From: Anaerolineales bacterium
Lineage (GTDB): Bacteria; Chloroflexota; Anaerolineae; Anaerolineales; UBA11858
Reading direction: 5' to 3'
DNA length: 64,000 bases
Assembly (NCBI GenBank): GCA_028278545.1
Contig: JANQED010000128.1
Location: 11,561-75,560 of the forward strand
The position numbers and the translations under genes are program-made. Numbering within the stretch: position 1 is the stretch's first letter; each line of letters starts with the position of its first letter. Below the pieces are notes generated by a model that worked only from the letters and a program-made list of their open reading frames with translations, was not told where the DNA came from and searched no databases. Shown one piece after another: positions 19,056-29,178 of this stretch.

Positions 19056-20809
19056 ACGAAAAGCATAGTTTGCGCTACGCCAGCATGGGCCTGACGTTCG
19101 CTTTTGTAGGATTTGCGATCATCTTTCGGTTGTTCCAACTCCAGGTTGGATCACCTAATCAAGATATCCAGGTTTATGAAGCGATTGATGGCAAAGAATG
19201 GGTTACCCTGACTCCTGCTCGCGGGGATATCTACGACCGCCATGGCCGTTTGATGGCCGGCAGTCAGTTGATTTATGAAGTGGCTATTGAATTGTACGAA
19301 GTGCTGAACCCTGCCACCATTGCATTGGTCACCAGTGTGGAGCTGGGGCTTGATTATCACGAGGTTCTCCTCCAGGCAAGCCAGAGCCCAGCAGATGCGC
19401 CCTCTACACATATCACCTTAAACTACTTCGTACCCTATGAAAAAGCGCAAGAGCTGTTGGACTTACAAAAGGCATTGGATAAAGACCCAGTCAAAGCAGG
19501 GAAGAGCGCCGATGGCAAGTTGCACAGCTTGTCAGGATTGGTCGTTACCCCACGTTTGGATCGAAGCTACCCGGAAGGGGATCTGGCCTCCAATGTGTTG
19601 GGATTAGTCGATAAAGAAGGCAAAAGCCATAACGGGGTCGAAGAAAAACTCCAATGGCTCTTATCTGGTGTGGAGAAGCAAGAGATCGTCTCTACCAATC
19701 CATATCTTGCCATGGACCTGCCGGAAATCTCTGATGGTGCGAGTTTGATCCTGACCATTGACCGTGAAATCCAAGATGCTGTTGAAGAGATCTTGGATAT
19801 CCATGTGAAAAAGACGGGCTCATATGCGGGCAGCATCATCGTTATGCATCCTCGCACCGGTGAGATTTTAGCCATGGCCTCGGTGCCGCGCATGGACCTA
19901 AGCGGTGAATGGAATGTTGGCGAGACATACCAGGAGGGTCATGCCTTCAATATGGCTATAGACGGGTATGAGCCAGGTTCAGTTTTCAAGATCATCACCA
20001 TGGCCGCGGCATTGGATTCTGGCGTGGCCACACCAGATACGCCATTCACGGATACCGGGGGCCTCAATGTGGAAGGCTGGACTATCCGCAACTGGGATGG
20101 CGGTGCCTGGGGCCCTCAGACGATGACGACTTGCATGGAACATTCCTTGAATGTCTGCCTTGCTTATATTTCCACAGAGTTGCTGGGTCAGACTCGTTTT
20201 TACGACTATGTAAAAGCATTCCAGTTTGGCCGGCCTACCGGTATCGAGTTGGCCCGGGAGTATCCCGGTCATGTTCGTTTCAACAATGAAGATAACTGGC
20301 ATCTGATCGACCTGGCTACCAACTCCTTTGGGCAAGGGATCGAGGTAACACCGTTGCAGATGTTGAGGGCTGTTTCCGCAGTAGCCAATGATGGCAAGAT
20401 GGTTACGCCGCATATATTGAAGGCGGTTGTAAACCGCGGACACCAATACGCGATTGCGCCCGAGGTGGCTGGGGCGCCGATTTCCGCTGAGACCGCCCAT
20501 ACATTGTCAGAGATGTTGGCCCAAATTGTCGAAAGTGAGTCCTACACTGAAATGCCTGACAACATTCGCGTGGCAGGCAAAACCGGCACAGCGACAATTT
20601 ATAACAGCAATTTTACGAATGCCTCTTTTGTGGGGTGGGGCCCAGTTGATGATCCGCAATTTATGGTCTACGTCTGGTTGAATAAGCCTACCGTATCCCA
20701 ATGGGCTTCATTGATGGCCTCGCCTGTCTTTGTTGATGTGGTGGAGCGGTTAATTGTCTTGATGGATATCCCCCCCGACCACGTGCGCCTGAGCATGGCT
20801 GCCGAGTAG
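19052..20809 (+). CDS. ftsI: Class B penicillin-binding protein (FtsI-like)
   Basis: PARGDIYDRHG, RSYPEG, EPGSVFK (SxxK), SLN, KTG. ATGA overlap with the upstream gene. Confidence 0.9.
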   Translation: MNEKHSLRYASMGLTFAFVGFAIIFRLFQLQVGSPNQDIQVYEAIDGKEWVTLTPARGDIYDRHGRLMAGSQLIYEVAIELYEVLNPATIALVTSVELGLDYHEVLLQASQSPADAPSTHITLNYFVPYEKAQELLDLQKALDKDPVKAGKSADGKLHSLSGLVVTPRLDRSYPEGDLASNVLGLVDKEGKSHNGVEEKLQWLLSGVEKQEIVSTNPYLAMDLPEISDGASLILTIDREIQDAVEEILDIHVKKTGSYAGSIIVMHPRTGEILAMASVPRMDLSGEWNVGETYQEGHAFNMAIDGYEPGSVFKIITMAAALDSGVATPDTPFTDTGGLNVEGWTIRNWDGGAWGPQTMTTCMEHSLNVCLAYISTELLGQTRFYDYVKAFQFGRPTGIELAREYPGHVRFNNEDNWHLIDLATNSFGQGIEVTPLQMLRAVSAVANDGKMVTPHILKAVVNRGHQYAIAPEVAGAPISAETAHTLSEMLAQIVESESYTEMPDNIRVAGKTGTATIYNSNFTNASFVGWGPVDDPQFMVYVWLNKPTVSQWASLMASPVFVDVVERLIVLMDIPPDHVRLSMAAE

Positions 20810-20820
20810 TGTGAGGTCAA

Positions 20821-22242
20821 ATGCTGACTTTAGCTGATGTGCTAAACGCTCTCATCGAACAACGGCCTGAATGGGCGAATCAGGTGATCACTGATGCCGT
20901 GGTGGACTCGCGCCAGGTTATCCCCGGCGCGCTTTTTGTGGCAATGCCTGGTGAACAGGTCGATGGTCACAATTACATAGCAGATGCCTTTGATCGAGGG
21001 GCCAGCTTTGCCTTCGTGCAGCAAGATTTGCCAGAAGGAATCCCGGTGCTGGATTTGCGAGGCAGTCCGCGACTTGAACAGTCGTCTATCCCCGAGGTTC
21101 CTTTTGCCCTGCGGGTAGAAGATACGCTAACAGCATTACAGCAGGCCGCGGGCAGTTGGCGCCGCCAATTGGACCTGCGGGTGATTGGCATCACCGGCAG
21201 TGTCGGTAAATCGACCACCAAGGAATTGGTTGCCTCTGTACTTGATCAGCGTTACAGCACCTTGAAAAACCCGGGCAACTTGAACAATGAGATCGGCCTG
21301 CCGCTCACACTGCTGCGCTTGAGCGCCGGACATCGCCGGGCCGTGCTGGAGATGGGCCTCTACGTACCGGGTGAAATCGCCTTCCTGTGTGATTTGGCGC
21401 AACCTCATATGGGGGTGATCACAAATGTGGGCACCGTGCATGCTGAACGGGCCGGTTCTCAAGAAGCTATTGCTCGTGGAAAGGCTGAACTGGTAGAGGC
21501 TTTGCCGCCAGCGCCTGAGGGAGTGGCGATCCTCAATTACGACGATCCGCTGGTGAGAGGCATGGCCGAGAAGACCGAGGCTCGGGTCTTTTATTACGGC
21601 CTGGACCCTCAGGCGGATTTATGGGCTGATCAGGTTGAAGGCCTGGGATTGGATGGGATTCGTTTCCGCTTGCATTACCGCGGTGAAACCCTCCATTTGC
21701 GAATTCCGTTGATCGGTCGTCATTCTGTTCACACCGCTCTCCGGGCAGCGGCTGTGGGTTTGAACGATGGTCTTTCCTGGCAAGAGATCATCAAAGGCTT
21801 GCGCTCAGGGCACACCCAACTACGCCTGGTAGCCGTGCGCGCTGAAGGCGGCGCTTTGTTGTTGGATGATACCTACAACGCCTCCCCACAATCTTCATTG
21901 GCGGCTTTGAATATGCTGGACGAGATGGACGGGCGTAAGGTGGCTGTCTTGGGAGATATGCTCGAACTGGGGCCTTATGAGAAAGAAGGCCACTGGAAAG
22001 TGGGTTTGCGCGCTGCCGAGGTCGCTGATGTTCTGATAACCATTGGTGATCGAAGCCGACAGATAGCCATAGCGGCACGAAGAGCCGGATTTCCAATGAA
22101 TAAGATTACGGAATTTGAGAACAGCAAACAAGCTATCGAGCATTTGCAAGGTCGCTTGGATGAAGATGATGTCGTGTTGGTGAAGGGTTCTCGTGGTATG
22201 CAAATGGACCGCATTGTGGCTACGCTGGAGGCGCGTCAATGA
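20821..22242 (+). CDS. murF: UDP-MurNAc-tripeptide--D-Ala-D-Ala ligase
   Basis: DSRQV, ITGSVGKSTTKE, NNEIGLP, DDTYNASP, LGDMLELG, VKGSRG. Confidence 0.97.
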   Translation: MLTLADVLNALIEQRPEWANQVITDAVVDSRQVIPGALFVAMPGEQVDGHNYIADAFDRGASFAFVQQDLPEGIPVLDLRGSPRLEQSSIPEVPFALRVEDTLTALQQAAGSWRRQLDLRVIGITGSVGKSTTKELVASVLDQRYSTLKNPGNLNNEIGLPLTLLRLSAGHRRAVLEMGLYVPGEIAFLCDLAQPHMGVITNVGTVHAERAGSQEAIARGKAELVEALPPAPEGVAILNYDDPLVRGMAEKTEARVFYYGLDPQADLWADQVEGLGLDGIRFRLHYRGETLHLRIPLIGRHSVHTALRAAAVGLNDGLSWQEIIKGLRSGHTQLRLVAVRAEGGALLLDDTYNASPQSSLAALNMLDEMDGRKVAVLGDMLELGPYEKEGHWKVGLRAAEVADVLITIGDRSRQIAIAARRAGFPMNKITEFENSKQAIEHLQGRLDEDDVVLVKGSRGMQMDRIVATLEARQ

Positions 22243-23249
22243 CCCAAACCACCCTCGCTTTGGCGTTAGCTGGGTTCAGTTTCTTATTGACAGTGATTTG
22301 GGGACCGCCCTTATTGCGTATTTTGAGGAACTTCAAAATTGGTGAGATGATTCGCATGGATGGCCCCGAGCGGCACTTCTCCAAGCTCGGTACCCCAACG
22401 ATGGGCGGCGTGATGATCGTATTGCCTGTGGCACTGATCACCATTTTGCTCAATGCTGCCTCATTGATTGGCCCTACTGAAGTTCTGGGGAGTTCGGTTT
22501 TGCTGCCTCTAGGGGTGTTGGTGCTGTTCTCATTGATTGGCGTGGTTGATGATTGGCAAGGCCTGCGAGGTCTGCGCCATGGGGAAGGAATGCGTGCAAG
22601 TACGAAGTTCCTCTTGCAAACGATTGTAGCATTTGGAGCATCCTACGGGCTTTATCATTTTCTCGATGCACCGCACCTCTATATGCCCGGCTTCAATATC
22701 GATTTCAGGGTCGGTCTGTGGTATTTCCCGATCGCGATGTTTCTGATTGTTGGATTTTCGAACGCAGTTAACCTGGCTGATGGTTTAGATGGCCTGGCTG
22801 GACTTATCTCAGCCACCGCTTTTGTGGCTTATGGCGGTATTGCTGTTCTGCAAGGACAAGAGTTTTTAGCACGTTTCTGCTTTACCTTGGTGGGTGCGAT
22901 CTTTGGGTTTTTGTGGTTCAACGTCCACCCGGCGCAATTATTTATGGGCGATACGGGCGCCCTAGGATTGGGCGCGACATTGGCCGTGGTGGCCCTGATG
23001 ACTGGTCAGTGGGCAGTTCTGCCCATTATCGCGATCATCCCGGTGAGTATTACGTTGAGCGTGATCATCCAAACGGGCTATTTCAAGATCACCAAGCGTC
23101 TCCACGGCGAAGGTCGTCGGGTGTTCAAAATGGCCCCTCTGCAGCATCACTTCGAGCTCTCTGGTTGGAGTGAGACGCAAGTGGTGCAGCGTTTCTGGTT
23201 GATTAGCCTGATGGCGGCGATGATCGGGGTGGCGCTTTCGGTGGCGTGA
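22239..23249 (+). CDS. mraY: Phospho-MurNAc-pentapeptide transferase
   Basis: KLGTPTMGG, NAVNLADGLDGLA, FMGDTG, APLQHHFE. Confidence 0.97.
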   Translation: MTQTTLALALAGFSFLLTVIWGPPLLRILRNFKIGEMIRMDGPERHFSKLGTPTMGGVMIVLPVALITILLNAASLIGPTEVLGSSVLLPLGVLVLFSLIGVVDDWQGLRGLRHGEGMRASTKFLLQTIVAFGASYGLYHFLDAPHLYMPGFNIDFRVGLWYFPIAMFLIVGFSNAVNLADGLDGLAGLISATAFVAYGGIAVLQGQEFLARFCFTLVGAIFGFLWFNVHPAQLFMGDTGALGLGATLAVVALMTGQWAVLPIIAIIPVSITLSVIIQTGYFKITKRLHGEGRRVFKMAPLQHHFELSGWSETQVVQRFWLISLMAAMIGVALSVA

Positions 23250-24649
23250 TGAAGAAAATGGATTGGAACGGTCAACGAGTGCTGATTATCGGCGCGGCCC
23301 GCCAAGGGACAGCCCTGGCGAGCTATTTAGCCATGCATGGTGCAAAGGTTGTGCTGAATGATCAGCGCGAGGCCAATGATCTCGCTTCGGAACGTCGATC
23401 GCTGGCAGATTTGCCTGTTGAATGGGTTCTAGGAGGTCATCCTCTGGAATTGCTGGATGATATCGATCTGGTCTGTGTCTCAGGTGGTGTGCCATTGATG
23501 TTGCCTCTGATCGTTGAAGCCCGATCTCGCGGGATTCCGCTGTCGAATGATTCACAGATATTCCTCGATTCTGCCCCCTGCAAGGTGATCGGCATTACGG
23601 GTTCAGCGGGGAAGAGCACCACGACTTCATTGGTTGGTCAAATATTGGAGGAGGCGCTCGACATTCGACAGTCTACCTTCAACCGTATATGGGTGGGCGG
23701 CAATATCGGGAATCCATTGATTGCCAATGTGGATGAAATGACTCCCGACGATGTGGTGGTGATGGAACTGTCCAGCTTCCAACTGGAATTGATGAGCTGC
23801 TCCCCAGATGTGGCTGTGGTGCTCAACGTGACCCCCAACCACCTAGACCGCCATGGCACGATGGAGGCTTATACGGCGGCAAAAGCCCGAATTTTGGATT
23901 TCCAAGGGCCTGAGGATACGGCCGTTTTGGGGCATGATGACCCCGGAGCCTGGGGTTTAGCGGACTCCGTTCGGGGTGATCTGTTCACCTTTGGGGAGAC
24001 GCGGCCACCCAAAGGTCGGCCTGGCACTTTCCCGCACGAGGGCTGGGTCACGCTTTGGGATCGAGAATCCCCCCAAAAAGTGCTTCCCATAGATGCCGTT
24101 CGTCTGCGAGGAGAGCACAATTTGTTGAATGTTTTGGCAGCCTGTGCCATTGCCGCGGCTGTTGATGTCCCCACCGATGCCATGAGAGCCGGTGTAGAAG
24201 AGTTCCCAGGCGTTCCCCATCGCTTGGAATTCATCCGTTCTTGGGGCGGCGCAGACTGGTACAACGACTCGATTGCCACTGCCCCGGAACGTGCCATTGC
24301 GGCGATCCGCTCATTTTACGAACCCCTAGTGCTTTTGGCGGGCGGACGGGATAAAGACCTCCCCTGGGATGGCCTGGCGGCTTTGGTGCGCCAGCGAGTA
24401 GATCACTTAATTATCTTTGGTGAGGCCGCGGAGATTATTTCTCAGGCCCTTGACGCTGCGGGCCCTGCGGAACGCCCTTATTCGATCTCCGTATGCCGGG
24501 GTTTGGAGGAAGCGGTACGAACCGCTGCGGAGACCGTCGAACCTGGAGATGTGGTGCTGTTGGCCCCTGGTGGAACGAGTTTTGATGAGTTCAAAGATTT
24601 TGCTGAACGTGGAGAATGCTTTAGGAAATGGGTCAAAGAGTTAGCCTAG
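23246..24649 (+). CDS. murD: UDP-MurNAc-L-Ala--D-Glu ligase
   Basis: ITGSAGKSTT, GGNIG, ELSSFQL, NHLDRH, HRLE, NDSIAT, SFDEFKDFAERG. Confidence 0.97.
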   Translation: MMKKMDWNGQRVLIIGAARQGTALASYLAMHGAKVVLNDQREANDLASERRSLADLPVEWVLGGHPLELLDDIDLVCVSGGVPLMLPLIVEARSRGIPLSNDSQIFLDSAPCKVIGITGSAGKSTTTSLVGQILEEALDIRQSTFNRIWVGGNIGNPLIANVDEMTPDDVVVMELSSFQLELMSCSPDVAVVLNVTPNHLDRHGTMEAYTAAKARILDFQGPEDTAVLGHDDPGAWGLADSVRGDLFTFGETRPPKGRPGTFPHEGWVTLWDRESPQKVLPIDAVRLRGEHNLLNVLAACAIAAAVDVPTDAMRAGVEEFPGVPHRLEFIRSWGGADWYNDSIATAPERAIAAIRSFYEPLVLLAGGRDKDLPWDGLAALVRQRVDHLIIFGEAAEIISQALDAAGPAERPYSISVCRGLEEAVRTAAETVEPGDVVLLAPGGTSFDEFKDFAERGECFRKWVKELA

Positions 24650-25899
24650 CCACTCGCCGTCAGACAGATCGTTCTGAGACGGCCTGGCCGTCGCCTCGGC
24701 TGAATATCGATGTGCCGCTGATCCTGGTGATGCTCACCTTGATTGGGTTTGGTCTGTTAATGATGCACTCTGCCAGTTGGAATCCTTCATTGCAGTTGAC
24801 AAGAAGTGAAACTGACATCGGCTCGCCGACTTATCTGTTTTACCGGCAGATACGTTGGCTGGGGGTGGGATTCCTGGCCTTGATTGTTCTGACCTGGGTG
24901 GATTATCACTATTGGCATTATCTTTCGATTGGTGCGATGGCGCTCACCCTGGCAGCGTTGGGCGGTGTGCTGATTTTTGGTGAGACAGTTGATGATGTCA
25001 CACGCAGCTTCCACGAGGGGTCGGTTCAGCCATCGGAGCTGGCGAAATTTGTGATCGTGATTTACCTATCGGTTTGGTTGTACGCCAAGCGGGATCAACT
25101 GTCAGATATAGGCTATGGATTATTCCCTCTCGCTGCTATCGTCGGGATCACTTTCGGTTTGATCATGCGTCAACCTGATTTGAGCGCGGCGGGAATGGTG
25201 ATGATTCTCGGCGGCCTGATGTATTTCCTGGCGGGAAGTGATGCAAAACAGACCGCGCTCTTATCCTTGATAGCAGGGCTGGCAGGTTACCTGGTCTTGC
25301 GCTTCAACCCCACTGATAACGACCGTGTGGCGTTTTTCAAGCAGGGATGGAACGATGTCCTGTCATCATCGGATCATGTCAAGCACTCGCTGGTGGCGTT
25401 CGTACGCGGCGAGTGGTTTGGCGTGGGCATCGGCCATGGCACATCTAAACTGACGACTTTGCCTTTCCCCCACACGGATAGCGTTTTCGCCGTCGTCGGT
25501 GAGGAAACCGGGGTGGTGGGTGCCTCGATCTTGGTGATACTGTACGCTGTGCTGTTCTGGCGCGGCCTGGTCATCGCCAATCGTGCTCCTGATGGACTGG
25601 GAGCCCTTCTGGCCGTCGGGTTGACTTTGTGGATCACCCTGGAAGCCTTCATGAATATGGCATCGCTGCTTGGCCTGATGCCCTTTGCTGGCAACACCCT
25701 GCCGTTTTTTAGCATCGGTGGCTCCAACCTGGTGACAACGATGGCAGCGTTGGGCATCGTTTTGAATGTGTCGCGTTTGTCTGAACGCAAGCAAGTAGAA
25801 GAATCACGGAGGACTTTTGGTGCGATTGTTGATCTGCGCGGGCGGTACCGGCGGCGGCGTGTATCCCGCCCTCGCCGTTCTCGAAGCACTCGCCGCTGA
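24628..25899 (+). CDS. ftsW: SEDS peptidoglycan glycosyltransferase FtsW
   Basis: QPSELAK, QPDL, HTDSVFAVVGEETG, LPFFSIGGS; multiple TM segments. Confidence 0.93.
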   Translation: MGQRVSLATRRQTDRSETAWPSPRLNIDVPLILVMLTLIGFGLLMMHSASWNPSLQLTRSETDIGSPTYLFYRQIRWLGVGFLALIVLTWVDYHYWHYLSIGAMALTLAALGGVLIFGETVDDVTRSFHEGSVQPSELAKFVIVIYLSVWLYAKRDQLSDIGYGLFPLAAIVGITFGLIMRQPDLSAAGMVMILGGLMYFLAGSDAKQTALLSLIAGLAGYLVLRFNPTDNDRVAFFKQGWNDVLSSSDHVKHSLVAFVRGEWFGVGIGHGTSKLTTLPFPHTDSVFAVVGEETGVVGASILVILYAVLFWRGLVIANRAPDGLGALLAVGLTLWITLEAFMNMASLLGLMPFAGNTLPFFSIGGSNLVTTMAALGIVLNVSRLSERKQVEESRRTFGAIVDLRGRYRRRRVSRPRRSRSTRR

Positions 25900-26920
25900 C
25901 CATGACGATTTGGATGTTCTATGGGTAGGCAGTGAAGGCGGCATGGAGGCTGACTTGGTAGCTCAAACAGATGTACCATTCGAGACCATCTCAGCGGCTG
26001 GCGTGCATGGTGTGGGTTTACGAGCCTTGCCAGGCAACCTGTTTCGACTGGTGCGAGGGTTCTTCTCTGCCCAAAAACTATTGCGCCGCTTTCGTCCTGA
26101 GGTGATGTTCTTTACTGGAGGTTATGTAGCAGTGCCCATGGCTTTAGCCGGATTGCGAATCCCTTCGGTTCTCTATATTCCAGACATAGAACCGGGACTA
26201 GCCTTGAAGACGTTAGCGCGTTTTGCAGATCGTATTGCTGTGACAGCTGAGGATTCGCGCCGATATTTCTCCAAACGAAAGGATATCATCGTCTCCGGAT
26301 ATCCCACCCGTCGAGCGCTTCGTTCCTGGGATCGTGGGCAAGCCCAAGAGGCCCTGAGTCTACAGCCTGACATGCCGACATTATTGGTATTTGGCGGTAG
26401 CAAAGGGGCGCGCTCGATTAATCGCGCTTTGTTCCTGGCTTTGCCCGAATTGTTGGCTGAAATGCAGATTGTTCATATTACCGGTGCGTTGAATTGGCCA
26501 GAAGTTGAGCAAGTCCGCCGGAAACTTTCTCCGGCACAGCTTGAACGGTATCATCCTTATGCATATTTGCACGAAGAGATGGGCGCGGCCTTCAAGGCTG
26601 CCGACTTGGTGCTTTCTCGGGCTGGCGCTTCCAGCCTGGGTGAGCTGCCTCTTTTTGGACTGCCAGCAATTCTAGTGCCTTATCCTTACGCCTGGCGCTA
26701 TCAGAAGGTCAATGCCGAATACCTGATGCGGCACGGAGCCGCCATAATGGTGCAGGATGCCGAACTGCCGGAGAAGATCGTCCCGCTGGTATGTGATCTG
26801 ATGCGAGATGAGCAGCGACGTGCTCGAATGAGCGCAGCAATGCGGTCGTTGAGCAAGCCTGAAGCAGCAGCATCTATCGGGCGTGCGTTGGTCGAACAGG
26901 CTGGAGCTAATGCAATTTGA
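25817..26920 (+). CDS. murG: Lipid II GlcNAc transferase
   Basis: AGGTGGGVYPA, TGGYV, FGGSKGA, SRAGAS, Q..NA. Confidence 0.95.
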   Translation: MVRLLICAGGTGGGVYPALAVLEALAADHDDLDVLWVGSEGGMEADLVAQTDVPFETISAAGVHGVGLRALPGNLFRLVRGFFSAQKLLRRFRPEVMFFTGGYVAVPMALAGLRIPSVLYIPDIEPGLALKTLARFADRIAVTAEDSRRYFSKRKDIIVSGYPTRRALRSWDRGQAQEALSLQPDMPTLLVFGGSKGARSINRALFLALPELLAEMQIVHITGALNWPEVEQVRRKLSPAQLERYHPYAYLHEEMGAAFKAADLVLSRAGASSLGELPLFGLPAILVPYPYAWRYQKVNAEYLMRHGAAIMVQDAELPEKIVPLVCDLMRDEQRRARMSAAMRSLSKPEAAASIGRALVEQAGANAI

Positions 26921-26930
26921 GGATTGAACA

Positions 26931-27581
26931 ATGATCAGTTTGACGGTCGTCTTTTTCATTTTTGTGTTCTTCTTCGCCCTGATCGGGGGATTACGGGGTT
27001 GGGGCAAGGAAGTACTGGTCACTTTCAGCGTGGTGCTGACCTTGTTCATAGTTTTGGTTTTTGAGAGGTTCAGTGGCGGTATCGTGAGTCCATTCGTGAA
27101 ATTGGATAAACAATATGGCTATGTTGCTCAGGATGAGGTAGCTGATACAGATATATTCGTCCTCCCTCCTGAAGAGATTGGCCCTTTCAACGACCTTGAT
27201 GCTGCGGCACAAAACGATTATCAACGCCAGTTTTGGATTAGGACCATCGTTTTGCTCGTGTTGGTGTTTTTCGGATACCAGACAGTAACCTTGACGCGTT
27301 TGGGCAATAATGACAGAAGGGGAAAGATCCAAGACTTCTTGCTAGGGTTGTTACTCGGGGCCTTAAATGGGTATTTCATCATCGGCACTATCTGGTCTTA
27401 TATGCATTCAGCTCATTACCCATTTGCCCCGTTTATTACTGCTCCCAATGACACGGACCCCTTGATTGCCACGGCCAAAACGCTGATCAACATCTTGCCG
27501 CCTTTTTGGCTGGGCACGACACCGGTGATCTTCATTGCTATTGGGTTATGCTTTTTGTTTGTATTGGTGGTGCTTATTTGA
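26931..27581 (+). CDS. CvpA-like membrane protein
   Basis: GGLRGWGKE near the N-terminus and LGLLLGALNG resemble CvpA-family motifs; 4-5 TM helices. Confidence 0.55.
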   Translation: MISLTVVFFIFVFFFALIGGLRGWGKEVLVTFSVVLTLFIVLVFERFSGGIVSPFVKLDKQYGYVAQDEVADTDIFVLPPEEIGPFNDLDAAAQNDYQRQFWIRTIVLLVLVFFGYQTVTLTRLGNNDRRGKIQDFLLGLLLGALNGYFIIGTIWSYMHSAHYPFAPFITAPNDTDPLIATAKTLINILPPFWLGTTPVIFIAIGLCFLFVLVVLI

Positions 27582-28960
27582 GGCAGCACGTGCATTTCGT
27601 TGGGATTGGTGGAACAGGCCTGTCGGCCATTGCCCGGGTGTTGCTCGAGCGCGGACACACGGTCAGTGGTTCAGATCAGGAGTATTCCCCCTTGGCACAG
27701 GCTGTCGAGGCTGCTGGGGCCGAAGTCTTTGTGGGCCACCAGGCTTCGAATGTGAACGGCGCAGATTTAGTTATCCGTTCCTCGGCGGTGCCAGAGGATA
27801 ATCCTGAAGTTCAGGCAGCCCTTGCCGCGGGCGTTCCTGTGCTCAAACGGGATGAGTATCTCGGTAGCTTGATGGAAGGGCAGGTTGGTATTGCGGTGGC
27901 AGGTTCCCACGGCAAAACCACCACGACAGCCATGCTGGCCTGGGTGCTCAGCGCACTCGATCAAGACCCATCGTTTATCGTCGGCGGTGTGGTTTCAAAT
28001 TTGGGTATTAATGCCCATGCTGGCAAAGGTGATGCCTTTGTGATCGAGGCAGACGAATATGATTATATGTTCTTGGGATTGAAGCCCCAAATCGCGGTGA
28101 TTACAAACGTGGAACACGATCACCCTGATATGTTTCCCACCGCTGAGGTGTTTCAGCAGGCTTTCCTGGATTTTGTGAGGGTTCTGCCGCCCGATGGCGT
28201 GCTTGTGGCTTGTGGAGACGACCCCGGAGCCTCCGACATAATGGCTGAGGCGATTGATTTAGGTTGCCGCGTGGTGAGCTATGGTTGCGGATCAACAAGC
28301 TTCGATTACTACGCTGCAAAGTTGAGTCTCAACGATCTGGGCTGCTTTGATTTCGATGTGTTCCGTGCTGGTGAGCATTTGACCCAAGTTTCTTTACAAG
28401 TGCCCGGTGATCACAATGTGAGCAACGCTCTGGCAACTTTAGCAGTAATCGATCAACTTGCGCTGCCGGTGAAGGATGCCGCTGGGGCATTGGGAGAATT
28501 CCTTGGGGTTGGCCGCCGATTTCAAGTGCTCGGAGAGGCTGCTGGTGTGACGCTAATCGACGACTATGCCCATCACCCCACCGAGATAAAGGCGACCTTA
28601 GCTGCTGCCAAGGCGCGCTATCCAGATCGCTTAGTTTGGGCAGTCTGGCAGCCGCATACATATACTCGTACCAAGACCTTTTTCGATGAGTTTGCCACGG
28701 CTTTTGGTGATGCGGATGTTGTGCTGGCGACTGAAGTGTATCGCTCCCGCGAAGCCTATGACCCGGATTTTTCGGCTGAGCAGGTTGTAAGGGCCATGAA
28801 TCATCCTAATGCCCACTTTTCCGGTTCCTTAGGCGATACAACCGCTTACTTGTTGGATAACCTACACCCGGGTGATGTGGTGCTTATGCTCTCCGCTGGG
28901 GATGCAACTCAAATCACCCAAGATGTGTTGGCTTCGTTATTGGATGATCGGAAAACATAA
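27578..28960 (+). CDS. murC: UDP-MurNAc--L-Ala ligase
   Basis: HFVGIGGTGLS, GSHGKTTTT, EADEYD, DHPD, RRF, DDYAHHPTEI, WQPH. Start set at TTG 27578, overlapping the upstream stop. Confidence 0.96.
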   Translation: MRQHVHFVGIGGTGLSAIARVLLERGHTVSGSDQEYSPLAQAVEAAGAEVFVGHQASNVNGADLVIRSSAVPEDNPEVQAALAAGVPVLKRDEYLGSLMEGQVGIAVAGSHGKTTTTAMLAWVLSALDQDPSFIVGGVVSNLGINAHAGKGDAFVIEADEYDYMFLGLKPQIAVITNVEHDHPDMFPTAEVFQQAFLDFVRVLPPDGVLVACGDDPGASDIMAEAIDLGCRVVSYGCGSTSFDYYAAKLSLNDLGCFDFDVFRAGEHLTQVSLQVPGDHNVSNALATLAVIDQLALPVKDAAGALGEFLGVGRRFQVLGEAAGVTLIDDYAHHPTEIKATLAAAKARYPDRLVWAVWQPHTYTRTKTFFDEFATAFGDADVVLATEVYRSREAYDPDFSAEQVVRAMNHPNAHFSGSLGDTTAYLLDNLHPGDVVLMLSAGDATQITQDVLASLLDDRKT

Positions 28961-28986
28961 CTTTGGATCGTGAATGAGGACGCTCG

Positions 28987-29169
28987 ATGAACAAAACCAA
29001 ACAAAGTATTCAAGCCCAGACCATGATCTTGTCAACATTGCGCTTAGATAGCCAATCACAGCCACCGCATAAATTGGTGCGCGTGAGCCGTAAACGCGGA
29101 AATCAATTGGACGCGTTGGTTACCGAGGAAACGGTATCCAAAACCATAAAGCGGATAAGAGTGCTGTAA
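28987..29169 (+). CDS. Small hypothetical protein (60 aa)
   Basis: ATG ORF with a GAGGA RBS that fills the murC-murB gap; no recognisable motif. Confidence 0.4.
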   Translation: MNKTKQSIQAQTMILSTLRLDSQSQPPHKLVRVSRKRGNQLDALVTEETVSKTIKRIRVL

Positions 29170-29178
29170 CTGCATGCC

